A DNA stretch of 64,000 nt from Candidatus Woesearchaeota archaeon (GCA_964344555.1 CAYFNK010000001.1:88684-152683); one strand, 5' to 3'; numbered from the stretch's first letter, positions 47,150 to 54,696 are shown. Program-made: numbers and translations. Notes: a model not told the origin generated them from the letters alone.

Positions 47150-47953
47150 TTAAGCAAATAATTTCTCCTTATCTAATTCAGATATTGAATCTAATGACCA
47201 AACAGTAAGTCTTCCAGGTTCTGCGCCAGGAGCTAATAGTTCTGCGTTAAGAGATTTTGTAGTAGTTATATCAAAACCAGCAATATTTTTACATGCATTT
47301 ACTATATTTTCTTTTTTTGAAACTACCATCAAAGGACCCTTAGATTTTTTGTATTTTCTTCCCCTCAAAGTACCTTTTCCTGAACGTACTGTCTTATTTG
47401 AAGCTCTTTCAAGCTCTTTCTCAAGTCCAAGTTTGTTAAGTAGATTAACAATGTCTTTAGTTTTAGACAAAGTTTCCAATTTATCGACAATAAGTGGAGT
47501 ATTACTTACTGTTTTGAATCCTTTATTTTCTAAATGTAATTTATCTATAGTAGCTGCTATTGCAGATCTTATTGCCTTTCTATTTTCTTTTTTATTCAAT
47601 TTTTGATCAAAATTTTTCTCTGCCTTTGGAGGATGAGCTCTTCTTCCACCTATTGCGCCAGAAACCAGTGCACCAGTATAAACAAATTGAGTACCTCTTC
47701 TTATCATGACTTTTCTAGGGATTCTTGATCTACCTTGGCCATAAACCCCCCTATAGTCTCTTCTTCTTTTAGATAATTTAGCTGAAACTTCTAAGCCTGC
47801 CCTAGGGGTTGCACCATATTTTTGTCTTCTGTTAGATTGCATAGTTAAAACAGCTCTTTTAATCAAATCTGGTCTTATTTCTTCAGAGAATACGGAAGGT
47901 AAACTAATTTCTTTTACCTTACTTCCTTTTGTATCATATACTTGTGCTTTCAT
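47150..47953 (-). CDS. rpl4: 50S ribosomal protein L4 (uL4)
   Basis: 'RRDYRGVYGQGRSRIPRKV' and 'GGRRAHPPK' match uL4. Confidence 0.95.
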   Translation of the reverse strand: MKAQVYDTKGSKVKEISLPSVFSEEIRPDLIKRAVLTMQSNRRQKYGATPRAGLEVSAKLSKRRRDYRGVYGQGRSRIPRKVMIRRGTQFVYTGALVSGAIGGRRAHPPKAEKNFDQKLNKKENRKAIRSAIAATIDKLHLENKGFKTVSNTPLIVDKLETLSKTKDIVNLLNKLGLEKELERASNKTVRSGKGTLRGRKYKKSKGPLMVVSKKENIVNACKNIAGFDITTTKSLNAELLAPGAEPGRLTVWSLDSISELDKEKLFA

Positions 47954-48903
47954 TGTTTTGAACTTTGGCTAACATACTCTATTTTAGGAGCAGAAGCATC
48001 TTTTTTGTCTCTAATAGTTTTTGATAATATTACTAATCTTTTTGAAGAACCCTGTAATGATCCTTTAATTAACATAAACTCATTTTTTAAGTTACCATAT
48101 TTTTTAATGCCACCTTTTTGATTTATTTCTTTGGAGTTTTCTCCAATTTGGTAGATTTGTTTATTATATTCTGTTCTTTTATGGTAACCGTGTTGGCCAT
48201 GTTGAGGAACTCTCCAATCTGTTTTTCTTGGAGTAAATGCTCCCAGATTACCTGGGGCTCTTCTCTTTTTCTCAGATTTATGCGATTTTAATGAAATTCC
48301 AAATCTCTTAACAGGTCCTTGGAATCCTTTTCCTTTAGTTATTGCATGAGCATCAACAAATTGTCCAGGTTTGAAGATTTCGGACATCTTAATGTCTTTT
48401 TCAAGCAAAGATTTAGCAAATTCCAAATCTCCATTAATAGGTATTTCAAATATTTCTGGCTTCTTTTTACCAATGCCAGTTAGTTTGGGCTGAGTATAAA
48501 CTACCAATCTTAAGTGAGCATATTCTTTTGGTATTTCTTTATCTTGCTGTTTTTTAGGTAATGTGATTTTTTTAGATAATTCTTTATCTAAATTTTTAGA
48601 ATAAATTTGAGAAATAACTTCTGAACCATAAGGAGTTTGTCTGTAAAAACGAAGAGAAAGAGGTTTTAGTGGAGGACACTCAACAATTGTAACGGCAGTA
48701 GAAACAGATTGATTTTTTGTTTGTGGAGTGTGACCGTCTTTTTTTTCAATAATATGAGTCATGCCAACTTTATAGCCAGCAAAACCTGTTAATTCATTAT
48801 TATTATTCTTAAGCCAGGACTTGATAGATGAGTAAATTCTTTTAGACCTTACTCTAGGCCAAAATTGCAAACTTCCCGATCTTGGTTTATGTGCTGCTGG
48901 CAT
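47950..48903 (-). CDS. rpl3: 50S ribosomal protein L3 (uL3)
   Basis: 'KPRSGSLQFWPRVR', 'FAGYKVGMTHI' and 'GKGFQGPVKRFG' match uL3. It is the first gene of the superoperon. Confidence 0.95.
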   Translation of the reverse strand: MPAAHKPRSGSLQFWPRVRSKRIYSSIKSWLKNNNNELTGFAGYKVGMTHIIEKKDGHTPQTKNQSVSTAVTIVECPPLKPLSLRFYRQTPYGSEVISQIYSKNLDKELSKKITLPKKQQDKEIPKEYAHLRLVVYTQPKLTGIGKKKPEIFEIPINGDLEFAKSLLEKDIKMSEIFKPGQFVDAHAITKGKGFQGPVKRFGISLKSHKSEKKRRAPGNLGAFTPRKTDWRVPQHGQHGYHKRTEYNKQIYQIGENSKEINQKGGIKKYGNLKNEFMLIKGSLQGSSKRLVILSKTIRDKKDASAPKIEYVSQSSKQ

Positions 48904-49032
48904 TTTGTTTTTGCGATGTGTCCTATCTTAAATAGTTTTCTATCTAGAATCAGCGACTGTACAATTTTAATCAGTAGGGAGATACTAATTAAAAAATTGA
49001 AAATTTAGCGACTTTATAAAGTTTTTGTTATA

Positions 49033-49668
49033 TTATGCTTCAAGAAGACTTTCTTTGGTTTTTTCTTCCCCATCAACCACTATTTTTCTAATCATTTTGC
49101 CCTTTCTAATAGAATTTATTCTTGCTAGGGCAGGATCAGTTTCATACTCTTTTGGAACTTCTATATGATCTATTATAAAAGTGTGGCTAATTTCTAATTT
49201 TTTCTTAACTTCTTCACTGGTTATTTTGTCTAATAATATCAATGGGAGCTTTGCTTTACAAAAGTTGTTCTTTAATTCTTTTCCAGGCTTTGGTAAAGTT
49301 TTTCCTACTTTGAAAAAATAATCTCCAAAAGATAAATTAAGTAAAACAAATTCTACGTCATTACAAAGATTTACAAGTTCTTCTCCAGAAACTTCTTTTT
49401 CTTCAATATCTTCTTTTTTCTTTCCTTTGTAAAAAATTTTACCAGAAATAGTAAGTTTTTCAGTGTTTTCTCCAATTATTTTAGTTAAATCTTTCATTAA
49501 ATCATAGGAAGAATTAAGTTTGAGAAAGTCTTTTGATTTTGTAATTTTCATTATAGCCCTATTTTCAAAAGTACCTATACTAAATCTAACAAATTGTTTA
49601 TGAACTTGTTCATCTACTTTATCTTCAAGAATTTTGTCTGTGAATAACATAGTTTTTATTTTTGTCAT
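49033..49668 (-). CDS. Hypothetical protein (no family recognised), immediately upstream of the r-protein superoperon
   Basis: The ORF is a clean 211 codons. A TTTATAAA box at about 49672-49679 sits only a few nt from ATG 49668 but about 26 nt from the second ATG (49650), so the true start may be 49650. Confidence 0.6.
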   Translation of the reverse strand: MTKIKTMLFTDKILEDKVDEQVHKQFVRFSIGTFENRAIMKITKSKDFLKLNSSYDLMKDLTKIIGENTEKLTISGKIFYKGKKKEDIEEKEVSGEELVNLCNDVEFVLLNLSFGDYFFKVGKTLPKPGKELKNNFCKAKLPLILLDKITSEEVKKKLEISHTFIIDHIEVPKEYETDPALARINSIRKGKMIRKIVVDGEEKTKESLLEA

Positions 49669-49729
49669 ATATTTATAAAATTAATGTAGAAGAAAAAAAT
49701 ATAAACTGAGATATAGTTTGAAATTTTAC

Positions 49730-49802
49730 AGCCCTATAGTGTAGTGGTCAATCACGCGAGGTTCTGGTCCTTGTAACCCAGGTTCAAATCCTGGTAGGGC
49801 TA
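49730..49802 (+). tRNA. tRNA-Gln (CUG)
   Basis: Hand-folded cloverleaf: A1-U72 acceptor AGCCCUA/UAGGGCU, anticodon stem CGAGG/CCUUG with loop UU-CUG-GU, 4-nt variable loop, T-arm CCAGG-UUCAAAU-CCUGG, discriminator A. Confidence 0.85.
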
Positions 49803-49887
49803 TTCAAATATCATCTTCTTTGCTGGTTAATATATTTCTGTTCATAAACTCTTAGTTTAGTACTTTAATATGTTAAGTTGACTTTTT

Positions 49888-50442
49888 CTAAGCAAGAAAT
49901 ATAAGGGCTACTACTGCAAGTTTACCAAAACATTCTGGACAACAACTAATATCCAACTCCCAATGTCCGCAATTACCAGGAGAATAATCGCACTCTCCAC
50001 CGCCACACGCACATATCAAATCAACTCCCGCATCCGGACCGTCATAGCAACTACCTCCACAAGGAACCCAGTGACTACTTCCACTCCCGCAACATGGACA
50101 AGCACCAGAAAATACCTCCCAATCGTTTGGATTATTGTTTACACTTACTACAGCATTTTTAAACGAATCAATTTCTTCTGGAGTTAAAATTGGAATTTCA
50201 GTTTTTCTTTCAAAGTATGTGCCAAAAACATTTTGTATATTTGTTATAACTTTGTCAAAATTTTCAATATGATTATTAAAATATTCATAACATAGAGATA
50301 AATCAACATTCTTAATATTTTCATTATCTAATTCAATTAGTAAATCAGTGCATTCTTCTAAATCATTCACAGGATAATTACTGGGCGGGCTAGGTATTAC
50401 AGTATTAGATTCTCTTGATAAGTCTGCACTTCTATCGGTCAA
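49888..50442 (-). CDS. Cysteine-rich hypothetical protein with C-terminal hydrophobic tail; TTG start
   Basis: The 184-codon ORF contains no ATG. It opens with TTG 50440-50442, 10 nt downstream of GGAGG. Residues 115-171 hold 12 Cys ('ACPCCGSG..VPCGGSC..LICACGGGEC..GNCGHW..SCCPEC'). The protein ends in 'GKLAVVALIFLA'. Confidence 0.6.
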   Translation of the reverse strand: MTDRSADLSRESNTVIPSPPSNYPVNDLEECTDLLIELDNENIKNVDLSLCYEYFNNHIENFDKVITNIQNVFGTYFERKTEIPILTPEEIDSFKNAVVSVNNNPNDWEVFSGACPCCGSGSSHWVPCGGSCYDGPDAGVDLICACGGGECDYSPGNCGHWELDISCCPECFGKLAVVALIFLA

Positions 50443-50452
50443 AAATTTAATT

Positions 50453-50457
50453 CCTCC
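50453..50457 (-). promoter_or_regulatory. Shine-Dalgarno-like GGAGG for the Cys-rich ORF
   Basis: Plus-strand CCTCC gives minus-strand GGAGG, spaced 10 nt from the TTG start codon. Confidence 0.5.
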
Positions 50458-50558
50458 GAAATTAAGTAGTCTATCAAGTAATTTGCAAGGATTATGACAT
50501 TAATTTTTGGAAGATCTAATTGACTAAAGTAATAAGTAGAAAGAATGTTACCAGTTAA

Positions 50559-50568
50559 TTTTATAAAA
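50559..50568 (+). promoter_or_regulatory. TATA-box candidate (TTTTATAAAA) for tRNA-Glu
   Basis: It is centred about 27 nt upstream of the tRNA-Glu 5' end at 50591. Confidence 0.45.
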
Positions 50569-50590
50569 TAAATAAATTAGCCAACTCTAT

Positions 50591-50665
50591 GCTCTCGTAG
50601 TCTAGTCCGGTCCAGGACGCTGCCCTCTCGAGGCAGAAACCCGGGTTCAAATCCCGGCGGGAGCA
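50591..50665 (+). tRNA. tRNA-Glu (CUC)
   Basis: Hand-folded cloverleaf: acceptor GCUCUCG/CGGGAGC, D-stem GUCU/GGAC, anticodon stem CUGCC/GGCAG with loop CU-CUC-GA, T-arm CCGGG-UUCAAAU-CCCGG, discriminator A. Confidence 0.85.
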
Positions 50666-50701
50666 TAACTTTTATATATTAATTCTTTCAGAATTAAACT
50701 A

Positions 50702-51481
50702 ATGGCTAGAAAAAAGAGGAAAAAAAATACTTTTTGGATATATCCTTCTTCGATATTAATTCTATTAACAGTTTTCTTTTCAGGAGTATACATTCAAGAT
50801 TATTTCAATGTTCTTCCAGAACAAGAATTTGAAACAACTCAAGTTGAAGAATTTTTAACTGGAGAAAATGTGGCCTACGTTAACGTTCCCGCAGTCAATC
50901 AAGAAGGAGAGGGAGTTTCCACAAAATTAATTGTTAAAGCAGAAGAGGGAACTGGAAAAACTTTAGTAGATATAGATAGTTTACTCTATTGGGTAGATAC
51001 TCAAAATAGTATTAGAATGGCAAAGTTAGTTGCCAAAAACTATACTGGAAAAAGTTTAGATAATTATGATCTAACATTTTCAGTAGATGCTAATGCTTCT
51101 TTGATAGGTGGAGAAAGTGCAGGGGCAGCACTAAGTTTAGCAACAATTGCAGCAGTACAAGATCTAAAGTTTAGGGACGAGGTTATGATTACTGGAACAA
51201 TAAACCACGATGGAAGTATCGGTCCAATCGGCGGAATCTTAGAAAAAGCTAAGGCAGCAAAAGAGGTTGGTTCAACAACTTTCTTAGTCCCTTTACTACA
51301 AAGTAGGGAAATAAATTACGAAACTAGGGAACATTGTGAAACTTTTGGTTTAATGGAATGGTGTACAATAGAAAAAATCCCTGTAGAGATAGACATTAAA
51401 TCTGAAGTAAACATAGAAATTGTAGAAATAGGAAATATTCAGGAAGCACTAAATTATTTCGTTGAAGAACAAACTATTTAA
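50702..51481 (+). CDS. Membrane-anchored stand-alone Lon-type (S16) protease domain protein
   Basis: It has the N-terminal TM 'FWIYPSSILILLTVFFSGVYI'. The catalytic Ser context is 'GGESAGAALSLATIAA'. 'ITGTINHDGSIGPIGGILEKAKAAKEVG' contains the Lys of the Ser-Lys dyad. There is no AAA+ module. Confidence 0.75.
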   Translation: MARKKRKKNTFWIYPSSILILLTVFFSGVYIQDYFNVLPEQEFETTQVEEFLTGENVAYVNVPAVNQEGEGVSTKLIVKAEEGTGKTLVDIDSLLYWVDTQNSIRMAKLVAKNYTGKSLDNYDLTFSVDANASLIGGESAGAALSLATIAAVQDLKFRDEVMITGTINHDGSIGPIGGILEKAKAAKEVGSTTFLVPLLQSREINYETREHCETFGLMEWCTIEKIPVEIDIKSEVNIEIVEIGNIQEALNYFVEEQTI

Positions 51482-51503
51482 ACAAAGATTTTCTCAAAAA
51501 TTT

Positions 51504-52982
51504 ATGGCAAAAAAGTTTTACATAACAACAGCAATAGACTATGTAAATGCCTCACCCCACATAGGGCATGCATATGAAAAGATCTTAACAGATGTTTTAG
51601 CCAGATGGAAGAGGCTTGAAAATTACGATGTGTTCTACTTAACTGGAACAGACGAGAATGCACAAAAAAATCATGTTGTTGCAAAAAGCAAAAAAATACC
51701 TACTCAAAAATTTGTAGACAAAAATAGCAATGAGTTTGAAGAATTATGTTCCAAATTAAATATATCTCATGATGAGTTTATTAGAACTACAGAAAGCAGA
51801 CATAAAAAAGTAGCAAAATTAATTTTCAAAAAAGTAAATGATAACGGAGACCTATACAAGAAAAAGTATTCTGGATTATATTGTGAAGGTTGTGAAGCTT
51901 TTGTTACTGAAAAGGATTTGATTGACGGAAAATGTCCAGAACATAAAGAGGAACCTAAACTAATAGAGGAAGAAAATTATTTTTTCAAACTAAGTAAATA
52001 CGAGAAAGAAATTTTAAAACTAGTTTCAAGTAAGGAGTTTATAATTCCAGAAGGATGGAGAAAAGAAATAGTTAACAGAATAAAATCTGAGGGATTGAAA
52101 GATATTTCAGTTAGTAGGCCTGGTCTAGTGTGGGGAATAGAAACTCCAATAGATAAAGACCATAAGATTTATGTGTGGATAGATGCACTTAGCAGTTATC
52201 TTTCTGCACTAGGTTATCCTGGCAAAAAAAATTATAAAAAATTTTGGCCTGCAGATGTACATGTTGTTGGAAAAGGCATTAATTGGTTCCATTCAGTAAT
52301 CTGGCCAGGAATATTATTGTCTGCAAAAATCCCATTACCAAAACACATCTTAGTTCACGGTTATTTGACTTTTAATGGACAAAAAATAAGCAAGAGTTTA
52401 GGAAATGCAATAAATCCTATTGAAGTAATTGAAAAGTATGGTTTAGATCCAGTTAGATATTCTCTGATTAAAGACGTACCATTTAACCAAGACGGAGATT
52501 TTTCTGAAAAATCTTTAATTGATGAAAATAATAATGAATTGGCAAATGATCTTGGAAACTTAGTTAGTAGAAGTTTAACTCTTTGTGAAAAATTCTTTAA
52601 AGGAAAACTGTCAAAACAAAAAAATGACGAATTAATTAAAATCTTAAATCTAAACAAGATCCAAAAACAAATAGACAAATTTGAATTACATAATGCACTA
52701 GAAGAAATTTGGAAGTTTATAAGATTAACAAACAAATATGTAAATGACAGGGAACCCTGGAAAGATGAAAAGAATAGAGAATTAATATTATATAACTTAT
52801 TAGAATCATTAAGAGTTATAGCTATTTTGATTCAACCATTTATACCTGAAACATCAGATAAAATAAATAAACAATTAGGAGTTAAATCCGGAACTTTAAA
52901 AGATATTAAATTCGGTTTAGTAAAAAACTATAATATTAAAAAAGGAGAAATATTATTCAAAAAATTAGAAAATGGAAGTTAA
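51504..52982 (+). CDS. metG: Methionyl-tRNA synthetase (core, without C-terminal tRNA-binding domain)
   Basis: Motifs are HIGH 'NASPHIGHAYE', the Zn knuckle 'CEGCEAF...GKCPEH' and 'KISKSLGN'. The track start at 51462 is upstream in frame; ATG 51504 gives the canonical 'MAKKFYITTAIDY'. Confidence 0.95.
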   Translation: MAKKFYITTAIDYVNASPHIGHAYEKILTDVLARWKRLENYDVFYLTGTDENAQKNHVVAKSKKIPTQKFVDKNSNEFEELCSKLNISHDEFIRTTESRHKKVAKLIFKKVNDNGDLYKKKYSGLYCEGCEAFVTEKDLIDGKCPEHKEEPKLIEEENYFFKLSKYEKEILKLVSSKEFIIPEGWRKEIVNRIKSEGLKDISVSRPGLVWGIETPIDKDHKIYVWIDALSSYLSALGYPGKKNYKKFWPADVHVVGKGINWFHSVIWPGILLSAKIPLPKHILVHGYLTFNGQKISKSLGNAINPIEVIEKYGLDPVRYSLIKDVPFNQDGDFSEKSLIDENNNELANDLGNLVSRSLTLCEKFFKGKLSKQKNDELIKILNLNKIQKQIDKFELHNALEEIWKFIRLTNKYVNDREPWKDEKNRELILYNLLESLRVIAILIQPFIPETSDKINKQLGVKSGTLKDIKFGLVKNYNIKKGEILFKKLENGS

Positions 52983-53295
52983 TTTTAAAGATTGGCAAAA
53001 TTTAGATTTTAGAGTTGCCGAAGTTTTAGAGGTGGAAGACCATCCTGATGCAGACAAACTTTATGTTTTGAAAATAAAACTTGGAGATGAAAAAAGAACA
53101 ATAGTTGCAGGTATCAAAAACAGTTATTCTAAGGAAGAATTAATAGGAAAGAAAATAATTGTTTTTGCAAATCTAAAACCTGCAATCTTAAGGGGAGTAA
53201 AAAGCGAAGGCATGTTACTAGCTGCATCAGATAAAGATAAAGTAGTAGTCCTTACTCCTGATAAAGAAATTCAATCTGGAGCTAAAATTAGTTAA
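52972..53295 (+). CDS. Trbp111/CsaA-like tRNA-binding OB domain (MetRS C-terminal domain encoded separately)
   Basis: 'DFRVAEVLEVEDHPDADKLYVLKIKLGDEKRTIVAGI...VFANLKPAILRGVKSEGMLLAA' matches the family. The ATG lies 11 nt inside the metG 3' end in another frame, and a TAG closes this frame 2 codons upstream of the ATG. Confidence 0.85.
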   Translation: MEVNFKDWQNLDFRVAEVLEVEDHPDADKLYVLKIKLGDEKRTIVAGIKNSYSKEELIGKKIIVFANLKPAILRGVKSEGMLLAASDKDKVVVLTPDKEIQSGAKIS

Positions 53296-53522
53296 TGGCT
53301 CCAAAGAATCATAGTACTTGTTAGTTTTACTTCAGGAATATTTCTTATTTTATCCATAACAAAAGACCCAAGATCTTCAGTAGTTTTAACTTCTATTAAA
53401 GAAACAATATCCCACTCTCCAAACACAATATCTACAGTTTTGACTTCTTCAAATTTCTGTAAGTCTTCCCATACATTTTGTTCTTTGTTGGAATCTGTTT
53501 TTACAAATAAATAAGCTTTCAT
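53292..53522 (-). CDS. Stand-alone Lrp/AsnC-type ligand-binding (RAM) domain protein
   Basis: This 76-aa protein reads 'MKAYLFVKTD...VKTVDIVFGEWDIVSLIEV...IRNIPEVKLTSTMI', a beta-alpha-beta-beta-alpha-beta RAM pattern. There is no HTH. Confidence 0.7.
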   Translation of the reverse strand: MKAYLFVKTDSNKEQNVWEDLQKFEEVKTVDIVFGEWDIVSLIEVKTTEDLGSFVMDKIRNIPEVKLTSTMILWSH

Positions 53523-53546
53523 TGTAAGTTACGTAAATCTAGAAGA

Positions 53547-53556
53547 GTATTTAAAT
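53547..53556 (-). promoter_or_regulatory. TATA-box candidate inside repeated 10-mer GTATTTAAAT (serving the RAM-domain gene)
   Basis: The palindromic TTTAAA core is centred about 30 nt upstream of the minus-strand start at 53522. The identical 10-mer recurs at 53613-53622. Confidence 0.4.
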
Positions 53557-53585
53557 TTAATGATGTGGTCAGAAAATAGTTTTCT

Positions 53586-53598
53586 TGACAACTTGTCA
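53586..53598. promoter_or_regulatory. Perfect palindrome TGACAA-C-TTGTCA between divergent promoters (possible operator)
   Basis: The arms are 6 bp with a 1-nt spacer. It lies about 16 nt upstream of the TATA box of the LAGLIDADG gene. Confidence 0.25.
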
Positions 53599-53612
53599 CG
53601 GACCTACACGAA

Positions 53613-53622
53613 GTATTTAAAT
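53613..53622 (+). promoter_or_regulatory. TATA-box candidate inside repeated 10-mer GTATTTAAAT (serving the LAGLIDADG gene)
   Basis: It is centred about 25 nt upstream of ATG 53643, implying a leaderless or short-leader mRNA. Confidence 0.45.
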
Positions 53623-53642
53623 CAATTTTACAATCTAAATGC

Positions 53643-54386
53643 ATGGAAATAGATAAAGATTTAGCATTACTTTATGGAATCTTAGCTGGAGATGGATGTC
53701 TAAGTAAAGTAAGAAGGAAGAATAGAAAAAACAGTTTCAGTTATTTTGTAGGAATAACTTGCAATAAATACTGCGATCAACATTTTGTGGATAAGATAGT
53801 GCTTCCACTATTAGAAAAGATAAGGGGAAGAAAAACAAATATTCGAACATATTCAGGAGATGGAACAATAAGGATTTTGTTTTGCGATAAAAAACTTTAT
53901 TCTTTTTTAAGGAAGTTAGGATTTCCAAATGGAGTAAAAGGTAATAAGATTATTATTCCAAAAGTATTTTATAAGAAAAAGTTAGTGAAATATGCTATTC
54001 AAGGGTATTTTGCAACAGACGGGTGTTTTTGTTTAACTAAAAATCCAAAGAAATATTATCCTAGGATCGAATCTAGATCTACCAATCTAAGATTATTACA
54101 ACAAATACATAAATTTCTCAATAAACTTGGACTTAATGGACACTATTATTCTGTTGGGAAAAATATCAAAAGAGGGAAAAATGAAATGCCAGTAGGAAGA
54201 TTCCAATTCAACGGCAATAAGAATTTAGAATTGTTTAGAGAAAATATAGGATTTGTAAATTATAAACATGAATTAAGATATAATAAATTTAATGATTATT
54301 TGAAGATTTATGAAAATGGAAGAGAAATAGATTATAATTTTAATATGGCGCTTCCCGGATTCGAACCGGGGATCCCTGCCACATGA
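53643..54386 (+). CDS. Free-standing double-motif LAGLIDADG homing-endonuclease-like protein
   Basis: Two LAGLIDADG motifs are present, 'LALLYGILAGDGCLS' and 'VKYAIQGYFATDGCF', about 100 aa apart. The last 41 nt ('MALPGFEPGIPAT*') are antisense to the tRNA at 54346-54420, and the stop TGA lies in the tRNA anticodon-loop region. Confidence 0.8.
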   Translation: MEIDKDLALLYGILAGDGCLSKVRRKNRKNSFSYFVGITCNKYCDQHFVDKIVLPLLEKIRGRKTNIRTYSGDGTIRILFCDKKLYSFLRKLGFPNGVKGNKIIIPKVFYKKKLVKYAIQGYFATDGCFCLTKNPKKYYPRIESRSTNLRLLQQIHKFLNKLGLNGHYYSVGKNIKRGKNEMPVGRFQFNGNKNLELFRENIGFVNYKHELRYNKFNDYLKIYENGREIDYNFNMALPGFEPGIPAT

Positions 54387-54420
54387 AAGCAGTGCTTTGA
54401 CCAGGCTAAGCTAAAGCGCC
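54346..54420 (-). tRNA. tRNA with CAU anticodon (elongator Met, or Ile2 if C34 is modified)
   Basis: Hand-folded cloverleaf: acceptor GGCGCUU/AAGCGCC (all Watson-Crick), D-stem GCUU/AAGC, anticodon stem CUGCU/GGCAG with loop UU-CAU-GU, T-arm CCCGG-UUCGAAU-CCGGG, discriminator A. The G1-C72 pair and the lack of a GGG/CCC anticodon stem argue against an initiator. Confidence 0.85.
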
Positions 54421-54462
54421 AATTACTTAAATTTAGAAAAAATCTTGTTTTAAAAAAGTTTC

Positions 54463-54675
54463 TTATTCGTCTCCAACAAACTTGTCTGCTATTCTTTTAG
54501 AATTGACATATTTAGATCTATATTGTTTGTTCATATACTTTTTAGTTACAACATCATTTTCAAGAAGATATTTTTGCCTTTGTTTTAAAGTTTCAAAGTA
54601 TTTAATCTCAAGATTACCTTCATTAGATTTCTTAATGTACCAAGAATTAACTTTTTTCTCTAAGTTATTTGACAT
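54463..54675 (-). CDS. Small hypothetical protein (70 aa)
   Basis: This clean ORF fills the gap between the tRNA and the HIT gene. It is basic and Lys/Tyr-rich. I recognise no family. Confidence 0.45.
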   Translation of the reverse strand: MSNNLEKKVNSWYIKKSNEGNLEIKYFETLKQRQKYLLENDVVTKKYMNKQYRSKYVNSKRIADKFVGDE

Positions 54676-54696
54676 AAAACATAATAATTAAAAGAA

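Noticed and set aside
53643-54386. The LAGLIDADG ORF could be intron-encoded (rRNA/tRNA intron) or the remnant of an intein.
   Set aside because: There is no flanking extein or Hint motif. There is no bulge-helix-bulge context and no rRNA. The adjacent tRNA is intact and convergent. The ORF has its own TATA box at leaderless distance, so it is treated as free-standing.
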